From Octopus vulgaris (Eukaryota): DNA of 64,000 nt. Within the stretch, counting starts at the first letter, position 1. Each line of letters starts with the position of its first letter. The position numbers and the translations under genes were made by a program. The notes below the pieces were generated by a model. It was not told the origin of the DNA. It saw only the letters and a program-made list of their open reading frames with translations, and ran no database searches. Positions 25,570 to 39,293 of this stretch are shown here, piece after piece. The stretch is taken from NCBI GenBank assembly GCA_951406725.2, contig OX597831.1, positions 24,800,001 through 24,864,000 of the forward strand, given 5' to 3'.

Positions 25570-26050
25570 ATAACTTAATCAGAGAGGGTAGATCCCATAC
25601 CATTCTTAGGGCCTCCATGACTGTCAGAAGAAGGTTGATAGTTATCAGAACAAAGAATGTAATGGCATTACTTTTTTGCATCCAAGGGCCGAGTGGTCGT
25701 CAAAGGATTACTTACTTAGTTGTGACAGCATTCACCCAGGGCAGGTTGAGCCAGCTTCTTCTCTGGTCCTAAGATTCATAGAAGAAGTTTCATGAGGATA
25801 TTGAATTCACAAGCGATCCCCAACATCCCGCATGCATATCCCAAGTGATGGGACGCCCAGTTTGCCGCAGAATCCCCACAGACGCAGGGACAGAATGATC
25901 TCGAAGCCGCCAACTGTTGATCAGGCACCTCTTGGAATTTTCACCAGAGCCCCATTGGCCAGGCTGTGGCCCTAATACTGCTCGGTGCCACACCAATCCA
26001 CCTTGGGTGGCCCTACTAGGAACCGAAGTTCCCGACGGCATAGCTCTGAC
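25570..26050 (-). mobile_element. Probable RTE-clade LINE 5-prime-region fragment
   Basis: GC-rich island. Minus strand AGAGCTATGCCG..AGGGCCACCCAAG resembles a motif I recall from BovB/RTE 5-prime regions; no ORF. Confidence 0.45.
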
Positions 26051-26719
26051 ACTGTCCGTTTACACCACCCTACTGCTTTGGAATGGGGTTGAACTTTAGG
26101 GTAGAAAGTCAAAGGATTAAGTAAGGTATCAAGACGGGACAAGGTAAAACATTGTGTTCTGAACCTGAGTTTTCAGGGTTGGGCTGGAGAATTTGTCTTT
26201 AAGTTCAATTCCACAAAGTGAGGATGAGAGACTTATGAATCAATTTTTGATAAAATATACTCAGTATTCAAAAATGTTGCAAGACGCAACGAAAATTTTA
26301 GGAAAATAAAAATAAGAAATAAGTGGAAATTTTACCAGTGAGTGTGTTAAATTATAAGGCACAAAAAGAAAATGACTCTCCCCAGACACAACAGAATATG
26401 CTTCAACACACGAACTCACATAAAGAGTCTTGCAAACCAAATCCTCCATAAATGAAATACTCAATATGCTTCAATAATATAATCAACAATTTCAAAATAT
26501 AGACTAAAATAACTTTACTTTTTAATATTAAGTCGATATTTGAAATCTAAGTCAAATGTTTTAATGCTTTTAATGGCTTGGAGGCTTGAATCTAAATGAA
26601 AGCGAATGCCCAAGTGAAGAAACAGGGGCCATTAATGTTGCTGTAGAAAAGGAGATGAGAGACAACACAGCCATAAAGCTGGAGCTTATCTGTGGAAGAC
26701 TTCTCTGGAAGCAGTCTTG

Positions 26720-27024
26720 TGGAGGCACGTGGCCTATTGGTTAGAGCAGCAGACTCATGGTCGAGCGATTGCAGGTTCAAATCTCAGATCGAGTGATGTG
26801 TGTGTTTATGAGTGAAACACCTAAGCTCCACGCGGCTCCGGCAGAAGGTAATGGCGCACTTCTTCTGACTCTTTCTCCACAAATTTCTCTCACTCTTTCC
26901 TCCTGCATCTTGCAGCTCACCTGCAACGGACTGGCGTCCTGTCCAGGTGGGGAACCTATATGCCAAGGAAACCGGGAAACCGGCCCTTATGAGCCAGGCA
27001 TGGCTTGAGAAGGAACAAACAACA
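26720..27024 (+). mobile_element. tRNA-derived SINE, family E
   Basis: Box A TGGCCTATTGG, box B GGTTCAAATCT and (AAC)n tail; 11-bp TSD AAGCAGTCTTG (26709-26719, 27025-27035). Confidence 0.85.
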
Positions 27025-30000
27025 AAGCAGTCTTGAATGTCTGTGTGTATTGACGAGGAAAGGAAATTGAATATATTTCTGAAGATTGGGTCCACAAAGT
27101 GTGAAATGGTCTGTCAGGAAAATTCCACCTCTTTTATTTCTTCATAGCAAAAGCATAGAAAAAGATGTTACATTCTTATTTCACAACAATAGCATGGTCC
27201 CAGAGTTAATTTAAATATGACTACTTCACAATAAGAAATTTTGTTTCTTTCAATTCAAAAGCTATCTCAGGCAAGTCGATATCAAAATGGTTAAAATAAA
27301 TGCTTATTAATATGTACTAACGACATAAAAGATGTTAGACTTATGCCGACAATAGTAACATATTTATTCAGCCATGTTGCCAGTGTTACCATTAGTTTTC
27401 AGTGCTAAATTATCTCTTTGTTAACAAAACTGGATTCAAATAAACTCTTTCTTTTCGGCAGGGGAAAAAAACTGAACGGCTAAACAAGATCCAAACATTG
27501 ATTCTTCTTGTTGTTATTGATGTTGTCTTTTGTTTATGGTATTGTTGCAGTTGCTGTTATATTCTCACATTATTATTACAATTATCAAAGCTTTCATCAT
27601 GCTTTGTGAAAAATTGCTTTTAAGTTTCAAAATTCATTGTAATACCTGTATCGCGATAATTGTCTGACATAGAGATGAAAAAAAATATATTTAATTCAGG
27701 TAGACAGCTGTTAAAAAAAATATCCATCCACAATAGACAATGTGTGGCAATTAAGGCGAATGGTAAGCACCAGCTCCAGGTAACCAGTGCTGCAGACAAG
27801 ATGAAGTCTTGTATAAATATAAATTTCTGCTCTATTGTTGAAATACTATTCAACTTGTTACACCCCCATCCCCAGCTTCACTGCCAGAGGCTGTTATTTT
27901 TGGTATTTGCTTCTTTTATTTTATTTGTTTCAAGAAGAATACAGTAAAATAATTTCTAATTTGTTGTCATTTCTCACAGATTATATTTTGTCCTATTTTC
28001 TTAAAAATCTTTCTAATAATATTTTCTATTATTTTTTTTAAAATATTATTTATACATTTTTTCTTAGAAAATATTATATTTGTTATTTTTTTAAATATCA
28101 TTTTTAACATTTTTTTGTTAAAAATTCATTATTATTAGTTTCATTATTGTTGTTGTTGCACTTGTTATTGTTATAAAAGAAATCATAATTTTAACTATTC
28201 TAACTTTAAAATAAAAAAAATGGTAACAAAATAATAATAATAAAACAAGAATAGGAAATTAAATAAAAAAACCCAGAAAGATGGAATGGCTGGAAAAAAA
28301 ATATAGAAAAATACTTTGATCAGTTCTGAACATTGAAATAATAATAAATTTGACTATATTGTATTTTGGTAGAGTTGTATTAATAATTTATTAAGCATAT
28401 GCATTAACCAGTATTCACTCCTTCAGTTCTTTTCTTATAATTTAATAGTATCAAAGTTTTTAAGCATGTGTCTATCATGATTGATAATTGAACTCCATAA
28501 GGCGTGTAAGATGTGTATGTGCATATTTGTGCATATAGCTGTGTTGTTCATGGAAATATATTCTATTCCTTGAATTTACACATTACACTTATTCTTCGTT
28601 CATACCTCTCTTCGTTTTAATTGACCATTTGGCAGAGTTATAAGAGCATCAGATAGATTGCTTTGTATAAATAATTCTAGCTATCCATGCTCTGAGTTCA
28701 GATCTTTTAAAAGCCAAATTTCCTTCTATCATTTTGAGGTTGATAATAAAGTACCATTTCCACAGTGGAATCAATTCTTTACTTTCTTTCACTGCTTCTT
28801 TCTGTCTGACTTCCAGAAGAATTTAGCTCGGTTCAGATCTGAATAGGGATGCATTCTATCAGATCTAGAAGTACCCAAGACAAACTATATTTCACAAAGG
28901 TGCCTCTATAACTCACTCAGCTGTTCAAGAATTTGGACCTGGAGATCTCCATTTCTAGCGACTCCGAGGGCCACCTCCCAGTGGTGTCAGGCGTCAACAA
29001 AGAGCCCTCGACTACAACAAGACGACTAAGGTTTTTTTTTCCCAAGGTCTGGGGTCTCTTGCCCCTAAGCCCTAGACCATCCCCTAATCACCCTTACCCG
29101 TCTTGTTGCTTAACAACAACAGCAACTCGCTCAAGGACTTGAGGGACCAAAGTAAAGCAAGGCTATTCATTTTGCCTGACCTTGTATGTTGTGAAAATTG
29201 TGGTGAAGGTTGGCTACAAGAAGGACATGGCAGCAAAGCACAACTTTTCCACACTGGCATAGGTTGACAGAATACCTATCAATTCTTGCCAATATAAAAC
29301 GCAGACAAAAAAATCTTATTATTATGAGATATTATTTATCAGAGACTTTCACCTTCCATCTGTAGACACTGTCACTACTATTTTTTTCTTGAGTCTGTCT
29401 TGCTCTTAATTTATAAGATAGATACAGAAAAAATTTTCTTTTGTTTTCATAGAAATATCTTTAATCTTTATAAAGCAATCTATTAGTTCACCTTTAAGGT
29501 GCTAAAATGGAATGAAAGTAAATCTCTTCAAGAATATATCAATTTATCATCATCGTTATTTAACCTCTGTTTTCCATGCTGGCATGGGTTGGGTGGTTTG
29601 ACAGGACCTGAGCAGCTGAAGGGTTGTTCAGGTTCCATGTCTGTTTTGGCATGGTTTCTACTGCCGGATGATCTTGCCAATGCCAGCCACTTACCAAAGT
29701 GTACTGGGTGCTTTTACACAGCACTGGCATAGATGATTTTTGCAAGGCACCAGCACCTACAAGCCTGCAAGGTTAGGGTTGCTCAGCTGGCGAGGGCTTC
29801 AGGGGATGAACCTGTATGTAAAGGCAATCACGCTTTTACTCAGCTTGACATGTTTTTCAAGTGGATGAAAACTATATGGAAGCCTTCCATTGAGTATTGT
29901 TTAATTAATTATGAGTTGTCAAAAGCAGAAAAATACAAATTAATTATTTACTTTGGTGCTGCTTCATATTGTAGCTAAATATTCTATGCCATTGACTAGA

Positions 30001-30870
30001 AAAAAAAGAACTTAGGAAATTTCTGAAGAGCAGCCAATGCAGCATGAAATGGTCTGTCAGGAAACTTCCAAATCTTTTTTTCTTCACATCAAAAGCATAG
30101 AAGAGAATGTTATATTCTTATTTCATAAACAGCAAGACTTTGTGCTGTGCACGTGTGTATGTGTGTCTCCCCAGAACTGCTCAATAACCAGTGTTGGTTT
30201 TTTTATGTCTTCACAACTTAGCTGTGAGAAAAAAAAATGGAACCAACAGAATAAGTTCAAAAAATAAAGTATGAGGAGTAAATTAAAATGACTTTAAAGT
30301 CTACCTTACAGATATGTACCTGTTTCGGGAATTGTTGTATTGTAACCTCTCCAAGAACTCAATGTTCATAAAATCTTGTTTTAATGTTCATGTTTTATGC
30401 TTTATACAGCATTGAGTTTTCACAGTATCTTGCAAAACTTTTGCTTTTGTATAGTGTATGTAATGTGCAAGGCATCCTAGGTCTCTCACAAGTGACATGT
30501 ATAATGAAGGAATCGAAACACTGCATTGCAACATCATGAAGCACTAGTGTACTAGCTGCTTACAAATAAGGAGGAAATAAGTGGTTCAGTCAATCACTCA
30601 ATCAATAAATCATTTAATAAATAAATCAACTACTCAGTCAATATTTTTTCTATCCTGTTTATCCTTTATCCTGTTTGGTGCAGAGTTTGCTGATAAGACT
30701 GAGGTGTCACTTCATTTGACATTGACCTATCACTTATAGATGGATGGAAAGATTTATTTCCATGCCATAAGGAAGCTGGTGATAGAAGGCAAATTTGAGC
30801 TCAGAATGCCAAAAGCCACAATAGATACCATCAGGAATATCATCTGATACTTAACCAATTCCACTGGTTT

Positions 30871-31250
30871 CATCATCATCATCATCATCATCGTTTAGCG
30901 TCCGTTTTCCATGCTAGCATGGGTTGGACGGTTCTACTGGGGTCTGTGAAGCCAGAAGGCTTCATCAGGCCCAGTCAAATCTGGCAGTGTTTCTACGGCT
31001 GGATGCCCTTCCTAACGCCAACCACTCCGTGAGTGTAGTGGGTGCTTTTTACGTGCCACCCGCACAGGTGCCAGACAGAGCTGGCAAATGGCCACGAACG
31101 GATGGTGCTTTTTACGTGCCACCGGCACGAGGCCAGTCGGGGCGGCGCTGGCAACGGTCGTGAAACGGAAGGTTCTCTTACATGCCACCGGCACTGGTAA
31201 CACATCTGCAATTTCCATTGATCGATTTCGATTCTGATCCTCACTTGCCT
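30871..31250 (-). mobile_element. (GAT)n-tailed retroposon, family D
   Basis: (CAT)n-CGTTTAGCGTCCGTTTTCCATGCTAGCATGGGTTGGACGG...GGATGCCCTTCCTAACGCCAACCAC. Related copies near 4800, 12106, 29550, 36395, 41960, 49575, 53230(+) and 56338. Confidence 0.8.
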
Positions 31251-32098
31251 ACTGCTCTGAATTGGTAGCTTATTTACCAAACCTGGAAGGATGAAAAGCA
31301 ATGTTGGTTCCAGCATGATTTGAACTTTGACTACTGGAAAAATATTGTTACACATTCTGTCTGACATTCCAACAAATCTACTAATTTGTCATCTCAATCA
31401 ACCAAGTAGTAAATATATCGTAAATAAATAAATTAATAAATCACTTAAATATATCTCATAGTAAATAAATAAATAAATTAGTCAACCAACCAATAAATCA
31501 ATCAGTCAATAAATATATCAATTAATAAACATTTAAATTAATCAACCAAGAAATCAATCGCTCTATAAATCAATATTTCACCCAAGTAGGATGAACAGAA
31601 TCAGTTATTAATCTAATCAAATTTCTCAAGCAAAAAGTGATGTGATTGTTAAACTTGAAAAGATTTTTGCTTAAGATTTAGTATTTATAGGATTTGAACT
31701 CAGAGCTAGAAGTTTTCAAAAACTCTAGTCAATATTGCAAGTCTTCTGTTTTAGCTGTTATTTAACTTCAGGTCAGCAATAATTGAGCAGATCTATCATA
31801 ACAGGTTTTCCAGTCGTGACATTCTCTTCTGTTATTCACTTTTGCAAAGGCTCAAAAGTGATCAACATTTTTTAAAGACAGAAGGATGTGATTTTAGGAG
31901 ATTTTGCTGGGTTTTTTTTCAAACAGATTGAGCAAACATGTAGAAATCTCATCAATATTTAACTCAATGGTACTTATTTACAGCTAATAGGACAGAGGTC
32001 CTTTAAAAGTTAACTCACATTGCCATCAGCACTATTCACTTCTGGCAAAAATAAGTGTACTAACAACAATGGTGTAGCAAAGATATTCTAAGATAACA

Positions 32099-32318
32099 CT
32101 AGCACTATGACCCGGCGTTGCTGGGTCTAGTGCTTGTCAAGCATATTTGGTCTTTCATGAAAATTCCACTCTCTTGTCATTCACTTGGTCTAACTTGTTA
32201 ATTATTCCCTGCATTTCTCAAATCAAAAGGCATGCACGTTTGAAAGCTAAAGCACATGATAACGCGTCTTCGCAAAACACAAAGATGCGCTGATGCAAAT
32301 GAGGGCTTTAGTAGGAGA
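32099..32318 (-). mobile_element. Non-autonomous Helitron-like element
   Basis: Minus strand starts TCTCCTACTAAAG and ends with hairpin GACCCAGCAACGCCGGGTC followed by CTAG|T. Confidence 0.6.
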
Positions 32319-32319
32319 A

Positions 32320-32632
32320 ATCAACCCCAGGACTAAGTTTTTACACCTATTACTTAATCTATCGGTCACTTTTGCCAAACCATTAAGTTACAGGAACATA
32401 AACATACCAGCACCATTTGTCAAGTAGTGATAGGGGGACAGACATAAAGACAGACACACATAAATATATACGACAGGCTTCTTTCAGTTTCCATCTACCA
32501 AATCCACTCACAACGCTTTGGTTGGTCTGGGGCCATAGTAGAAGATACTTGTCGAAGGTGCTATGCAATGGGACTGAACCTGGAACCATGCTGTTTGGAA
32601 GCAAGCTTCTGACCACACAGCCACACCTACGC
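32320..32632 (-). mobile_element. SINE family A, 3-prime truncated
   Basis: Reverse complement of family A head and core. Confidence 0.85.
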
Positions 32633-32736
32633 CTTTTATTTCCTTCAATAAAGACCATAGTTTCAAAGGGGACACATATATGTATACATATACCCATGGA
32701 TACACATACATATATATAGACATATATATAGACATA

Positions 32737-32955
32737 GGTGGTGAGCTGGCAGAAACGTTAGCGCGCCAGGCGAAAGGTTTAGCGGTATTTCGTCTGTCGT
32801 TATGTTCTGAGTTCAAATTCCGCCGAGGTCGACTTTGCCTTTCATCCGTTCGGGGTCGATAAATAAAGTACCAGTTTTGCAACTGGGGTCATTATGATTC
32901 CTTTGTCCTTGTTTGTCCCCTCTATGTTTAGCCCCTTGTGGGCAGTAAAGAAATA
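32737..32955 (+). mobile_element. SINE family B (long-tail subfamily)
   Basis: Young copy ending TGTTTAGCCCCTTGTGGGCAGTAAAGAAAT. Confidence 0.9.
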
Positions 32956-33419
32956 TATATTTAGACATACCCAAAGGTTATTACTGGTAGTTACTTTATA
33001 GATAAAAGTAACTTTGGTTGATGACAACCAAAGTTGATTTGTGTGGGATTTGAACACAAAAATGTCGACAGGCGGAACTAAATCTTGCACTACATTCAGT
33101 GAATCCACTCCACAGATTTTATTTATCAATCTTAACTGACCTGTATTCATAGAGCATTATTAGAATGCAATAACAAGACGAAAATTGGGGAGAAAATTAA
33201 ATGCAGATTGTGGTAATTAAAAATTTTATACTTGTACTAAAACATTCTCTTTGTAAATATATAGCGAAAGTCATTACAGTATTAGCAATTTATTAATTGT
33301 TGCATTTAATGAAAATCTGCTTTTTAAAATAAACTAAAAACAAATAACAAAAAAAATCAATGATATAATTTCCCAATTCAATTTCAGTTTGGTAAGATTT
33401 CAATTAAAATGTAAAATCA

Positions 33420-33614
33420 ACATACATACACATCTGTGTATGTATGAATGTATATATACACACAAGCATGAACATGCATATGTGGACATATACACATGCA
33501 TATACATGCATATATATATATATATATGTATATATACAGACACACACACACACACATATATATATATGTATATATACGTATATATATATGTATATATATA
33601 TGTGTGTGTGTATA

Positions 33615-33655
<41 letters not shown>

Positions 33656-33854
33656 ATATGTATATATATGTATGTGTGTGTATATATATATATATGTGTG
33701 TATATATATATATATGTGTATGTATATATATGTATATATATATGTATGTGTGTATATATATATATATATATATTCGTTCATATATATATACAGAGATATA
33801 TATGCAACACATGCACACACATATATACATATGTGTGTGCGTGTATATATACAT

Positions 33855-33887
<33 letters not shown>
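33420..33887. repeat. Compound (TA)n/(TG)n/(CA)n microsatellite
   Basis: Directly visible. Confidence 0.95.
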
Positions 33888-34473
33888 ACTCAGCTATAGC
33901 AACAAAACTAAACACAATCCTATATTCTGGAATCAAGGATGAAAGCCAAGCAAATAAATGCATTTATTGAAGTAATTGAGAAAATAGAATTACTTTTGAA
34001 AATTAATAAATCCACTTCAATTTTAATTTTTACAATGAAACAACACTTTTCCTGTTTCTGTGGGGTTTTATTTTTTTCTTAATTATTTCCTCAACTACAT
34101 TTCTAAATTTTGATTCTTCTTCCTGCGGCATCAAACTAATTTTGGACAGCAGACAGTATGTAGGTGGAGAGATGGTGGTGGAGTTAAATTTTCTATGAAA
34201 TTCTATGGAAACAGTATTCTGAAAAGACATTATAGTTTACATTTGTTGCTGTTGTTTAGCTTAAGGTTAATCCTGCTCATATAGGACTGACTATAACAAA
34301 AGCATTCCAGCCATGACCATCCTGTCTTCCTTTTCTTTTGCTATAATAAACCCGTGTGACAAAGGCATCTAGTTTAATTTAATTTGTTTTGTAATGTTTT
34401 GCTTTGGAAAACAGGTGTGGTTTACAAGATTATAGCTAGCTGTCATTTGTTTACAAGTATGGCTTGGTATGAA

Positions 34474-35050
34474 GGTGCATGGCTTAGTGGTTAGTGGTAG
34501 TTGGCTCATGATCATAAGGTTGTGAGTTCAATATCTGATGGCACATTGTCTTCTTGAGCAAGACACTTTATTTCATGTTGCTTCAGTCCACTCAGCTGGC
34601 AAGAATGAGTTGTACCTATAATCCAAATGACCAACCTTGTTGTATTCTGTGTCACACTGAATCTCCCTGAGAACTACTTTAAGGGTATGCATGTTAGTGG
34701 AGCAAAGACGGTGAGATGGCAGAATCGTTAGCATGCCGGACGAAATGCTTAACGGTATTTTGTCTGTTGTTATGTTCTGAGTTCAAATTCCGCCTAGGTT
34801 GACTTTGCCTTTCATCCTTTCGGGTCGATAAATTAAGTATCAGTTACGCACTGGGGTTGATATAATCGTCTTAATCCATCCGTCTGTCTGTCCTTGTTTG
34901 TCTCCTCTGTGTTTAGCCCCTTGTGGGTAGTAAAGAAATAGGTATGCATGGTTTGTGGAGCACTCGACCATTTGTCTGTTAATTTCATGTGCAGGCTGTT
35001 CCATTGATCGGATCAACTGGAATGCTCAACATTGTAGCCAATAGAGTGTT
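34474..35050 (+). mobile_element. SINE family C with a nested family B SINE (34708-34940)
   Basis: Outer imperfect TSD GTATG(G/A)CTTGGTA (34457-34469, 35057-35069). The inner copy is flanked by a duplicated GGTATGCATG..GTGGAGCA. Confidence 0.85.
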
Positions 35051-36394
35051 AGTTAGGTATGACTTGGTAACGGGTACCATGTCTTCACTAATTGCTTTTG
35101 GTAATTATGTAGTAATTGGAAAATTTAGACAACTTCACATGATGCACCTACCCCAACTTTTGATCCTAGTGGAATATCAAAGATGGGAAAGCTGCAGGGA
35201 GAGAGGGTTACATCAGCACCTAGCTGGTACTCATTACAGCTGAGTAGATGAAGCAATGTAAAATGAATAGCTTTTACTCAAGGTTACAATGTACTGCATG
35301 GTGAAAGAATTGAACCTATAATTTTATGCTCACAATTCAAGTACTCTAACCACTAGGCCATGTGCCTTCACAGTTTCTGGGCATGGCACTGACACTTCTA
35401 GTATGTTGAATGACCTTATAGGAATTAGAAAATTACTAATTGTAAATCTCTTGAGAGATACTCAGCAACAGTACTTTGGAGTAAAGATTGTTTGTCAGCA
35501 AAACATGACAGTCCTGGTTTAGGACAAATGTTGCTGTAATTTAGCCTCAGTAGACATAGTTTCCAGCTGGCTATACGACATGATCTGTGTCCTTAAATTT
35601 TCGAACAAGGGAACCTAGGACCAATAGAAGTTCTCTTATTGGTGATAATGGTAATAGGAATGTCTATAACTAATGGTAATAGGAATATCTAGAACTACAT
35701 TGTCCAATATGTTCTTTTCTTACATATGTGTGAGATACAAAAGTATGATATGAGGGAGATTTGTCTATTATTTCTTGCAAGGTGGGCTACAGGTAGAATT
35801 TATTTGTTCATGTTTTATCATGGAATTAAAGCTTTCACAGAATTAAACTTTAATGCATAGGATAAAGATAAGAGAAGACATACAAATCTCTTTAAAATCA
35901 ACAATAATCTTAGAATATAATTTAAATCTCTTGCATTTATGTATTTATTGCTGCAATTCATTCTTTTCTTTGGCAATAGATGTCTTTTTTCTTTAAAAAT
36001 ACTGTTTCAGTTGTTTTATGTTAGTAAAATAAATCTCAAATTAATTACACCTGGTATATTTTTGTGCTTGTTTCATTGATTAGAGAAAAATGAAAGGCAA
36101 ATTTGTCTAAGGTAAATTTTGAACTCACACAGTAAAGCAACCAAGAGCAAGTGAGAGGGAGCCTTAATGTGGTGACTCACATATCTAGAAATAGCAGCCA
36201 AAGTTACTCTCCTCAAACTACAACTTCCTACCTAAAGATAGACAGAAACAATGGATAATGTAATCTTAGATATATTATTAGGATAAGTGAGATGGCTATG
36301 GTTGGATCATTTTGGTCAGAGCATTGTTTTTCCAGCTTGCTCCTCTTTTTGACATTAATATATTAATACATCTTAAAGATCATCCTGAGGATCA

Positions 36395-36918
36395 TGACCA
36401 TCATCGACATCGTTTAACATCTGCTTTCCATGCTGGTATGGGTTGGATGTTTTGACTGAAAACTGGCAAGCCGGGAGGCTGGACCAGGCTCCAGTCTGAT
36501 TTGGAAAGGTATCTGCAGCTGGATGCCCTTCCTAACATCAACCACTCTGAGAGTGCAATGGGTGCTTTTACCTGCCACCGGCACAGGAGACAGGCAGGTG
36601 GCATTGGCATTGGCCATGCTCAAATGGAACTTTTTTTGTGCCAGTCAGGCAGCACTAACATCAGTCATACTTGTATAGTGATTTTTACATGCCACTGGGA
36701 TGGGTGCCAGTCAGATGGCACTGGTCACACTTGACTGGTGCTTTCTACATGCCACTGGGATGGGTTTGCATCAGGTGGCACTGGCACTGGTCACACTTTG
36801 AATGGTGCTTTTTACATGCCACTGGGATGGGTGCCAGTTAGATGGCACTGGCATTGGTCACACTTGAATGGTGCTTTTTACATGCCACTGGGATGGGTGC
36901 CAGTCAGGCAGTACTGGG
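36395..36918 (-). mobile_element. Family D retroposon with internal tandem repeats of about 50-63 bp
   Basis: Family D tail at 36395-36590; four units containing TACATGCCACTGGGATGGGT at 36680-36918. Confidence 0.8.
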
Positions 36919-37672
36919 TACATTAATATATTATTTTAGGGAGATTTTTCTGTAAGGCATTAAGCTGACAAAATTTTTAGCATGTCAGACAAAAGATTTA
37001 GCAACATTTGGTCCATTTTTACATTCTGAGTTGAAATTTCCCTGAGGCTGGCTTTGCCTTTGATCTTCTCAGGGTCAATACGCATAAGGGGTGGGGGGAA
37101 GCAATATCATTGATTTTCCCCACACCTGAAAGTTGCTGGCATTGTGCCAAAATAACAAAGGATTTTAGGGATATTTGGTTACCTTTGATCAGGTCAGGCC
37201 CGGATCATAGGTTAGAGCTGGGTAGGGGTTTAGCATTACTACCAACAACAACAACAACAACAACAACAGCAACATGATTAGCTTTTAACTTTAATTATAA
37301 CTGTTAATCCTATTTTCAGTTCATAAAACAGATTAGTTTTTGAAATAAATTAAATCAATCAGCTAATCAATAAATCAATATATATTTATCTCAAGTGTGA
37401 AAACAGATAAAATTGACTGACATTACCTTGTCCAATTAACAAAAGTATTAATCAATGAATGATTAGAGTTCAGTGAGTACAGAGTCTCTGTTGAGCTTAT
37501 CCAAGCCATAAGCATTGTATCAATTAAGCTCTGCCCTTCTTGTTGTTGTTTAACCCCAGGCCTATCCTAACAGTACAGTACTATGATCATGAGTAATCCA
37601 GCTGTGACCAACCTGTCTAATTAATCCAAAAAGTCCTTTCCTTATTATAGACAATAGTGTGATTTTAAATGT

Positions 37673-37990
37673 GGCGCGTGGCTTAGTGGTTAGGGCATTC
37701 AGCTCACGATTGTAAGGTTGTGAGTTCGATTTCTGGTGACGCATTGTGTCCTTGAGCAAGACACTTTATCTCACATTGCTCCAGTCCACTCAGCTGGCAA
37801 AAATGAGTAGTACCTGTGTTTCAAGAAAGGGACAGCCTTGTCACACTCTGTGTCACACTAAATCTCCTTACGAACTACATTAAGGGTACACATGTCTATG
37901 GAATGCTCAGCCACTTGCACGTTAATTTCATGAGCAAGCTGTTCCGTATCAGGTGGGATCCTCATCGTCGTGACCGATGTGGTGCTCCTA
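37673..37990 (+). mobile_element. SINE family C, full length
   Basis: GGCGCGTGGCTTAGTGGTTAGGG..GAGTTCGATT..GTGTCCTTGAGCAAGACACTT..GCTCCAGTCCACTCAGCTGG..tail. Confidence 0.9.
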
Positions 37991-37991
37991 T

Positions 37992-38186
37992 ACTCTTTTA
38001 CTCTTTTACTTGTTTCAGTCATTTGACTGCAGCGATGTTGGAGCACCGCCTTTAGTCGAATTAGATTGACCCCAGGACTTATTCTTTGTAAGCTTAGTAC
38101 TTATTCTATCGGTCTCTTTTGCCAAATGGCTAAGTGACGGGGACGTAAACACACCAGCATCAGTTGTCAAACACAGACACACAAAT

Positions 38187-38221
<35 letters not shown>

Positions 38222-38420
38222 CACATATATATACACATATATATATACATATATATACAATGGGCTTCGTTCAGTTTCCATCTGCCAAATCCACTCACAA
38301 GGCTTTCGTCGGCCTGAGACTATAGTAGAAGACACTTGCCAAAGGTGCCACGCTGTGGGACTGAACCCGGAACCATGTGGTTGGTAAGCAAGCTACTTAC
38401 CACACAGCCACTCCTGCACC
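37992..38420 (-). mobile_element. SINE family A, full length
   Basis: Reverse complement of family A. Confidence 0.9.
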
Positions 38421-39222
38421 TATGTTAAGTTTATATTTCTAGTTGGTTAAGTAATCATGCAGAAACTCTCTTCTTAGCTCACCCTACCCTTCTATTTCAA
38501 CAATATATATATACAGTATATGTGTTGTATGCTGTTAGTGTATGGATAATGGCTGTTATAATAGAAAGGAAACAAACAAAACTGGTGAAGCTAATGAATA
38601 GCTTGACTGATTGATGTATAGTGCTTGCATGAACTGACAATAAACTGATGTAATATAAATGGAGGGACAGAAACATACATAGATGGATTGACTGACAGAC
38701 AGATGGATGGATTGAAAAGTAGTAGATAAGGTGAGAGATAAGGGGAAAGGTAGAGACACAGATAGTTTAAGTTGGTGAGTATGTAAATAGTCAGATAGAA
38801 TGATAGCAAGATAGAGTAGCAGATAAAATATTCAATATTGCTTATAATGAGGATAAAAAAACAAAAACAAAAAAAAAAACAACAATATAACTCAACCAAC
38901 TTTATATTGCATGCTGGATGTAAAATATCTAAGTTTGATTTTCCAGTAATAATTTTAGATAAATTCTCGTACAAATATTTTTATTATATTTCATTTCAGT
39001 GTTGTATATTTTTTTTTAAAATTTCATTTTAAATGTTTGCTTTTATTTTGTTTTCGTTTTGGTTTTTGTTTTTCTTCTTTGAGCTTCTAATGTTTCTTTT
39101 TGTTACTGTTGGTTTGTCTCTAAATCATATCTACTTACTATGTCATTGAGAGGAGAGAGAGCGAATTTTTATTTTTGCTTCTGACTACTATCCTTGTTGA
39201 AGGAGCTTCTACTTGAGGGTGA

Positions 39223-39293
<71 letters not shown>

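Noticed and set aside
26720-26790. tRNA genes at box A/box B motifs (here and at other SINE heads)
   Set aside because: No complete cloverleaf or acceptor stem; each continues into a SINE body.
27100-30135. Duplicated segment of about 95 bp (27100-27195 and 30044-30135)
   Set aside because: Real but diverged and featureless; probably an old repeat fragment with nothing further to support.
30495-30535. Hammerhead-like ATAATGAAGGAATCGAAACACTG
   Set aside because: Core lacks CUGA and the stems do not pair convincingly.
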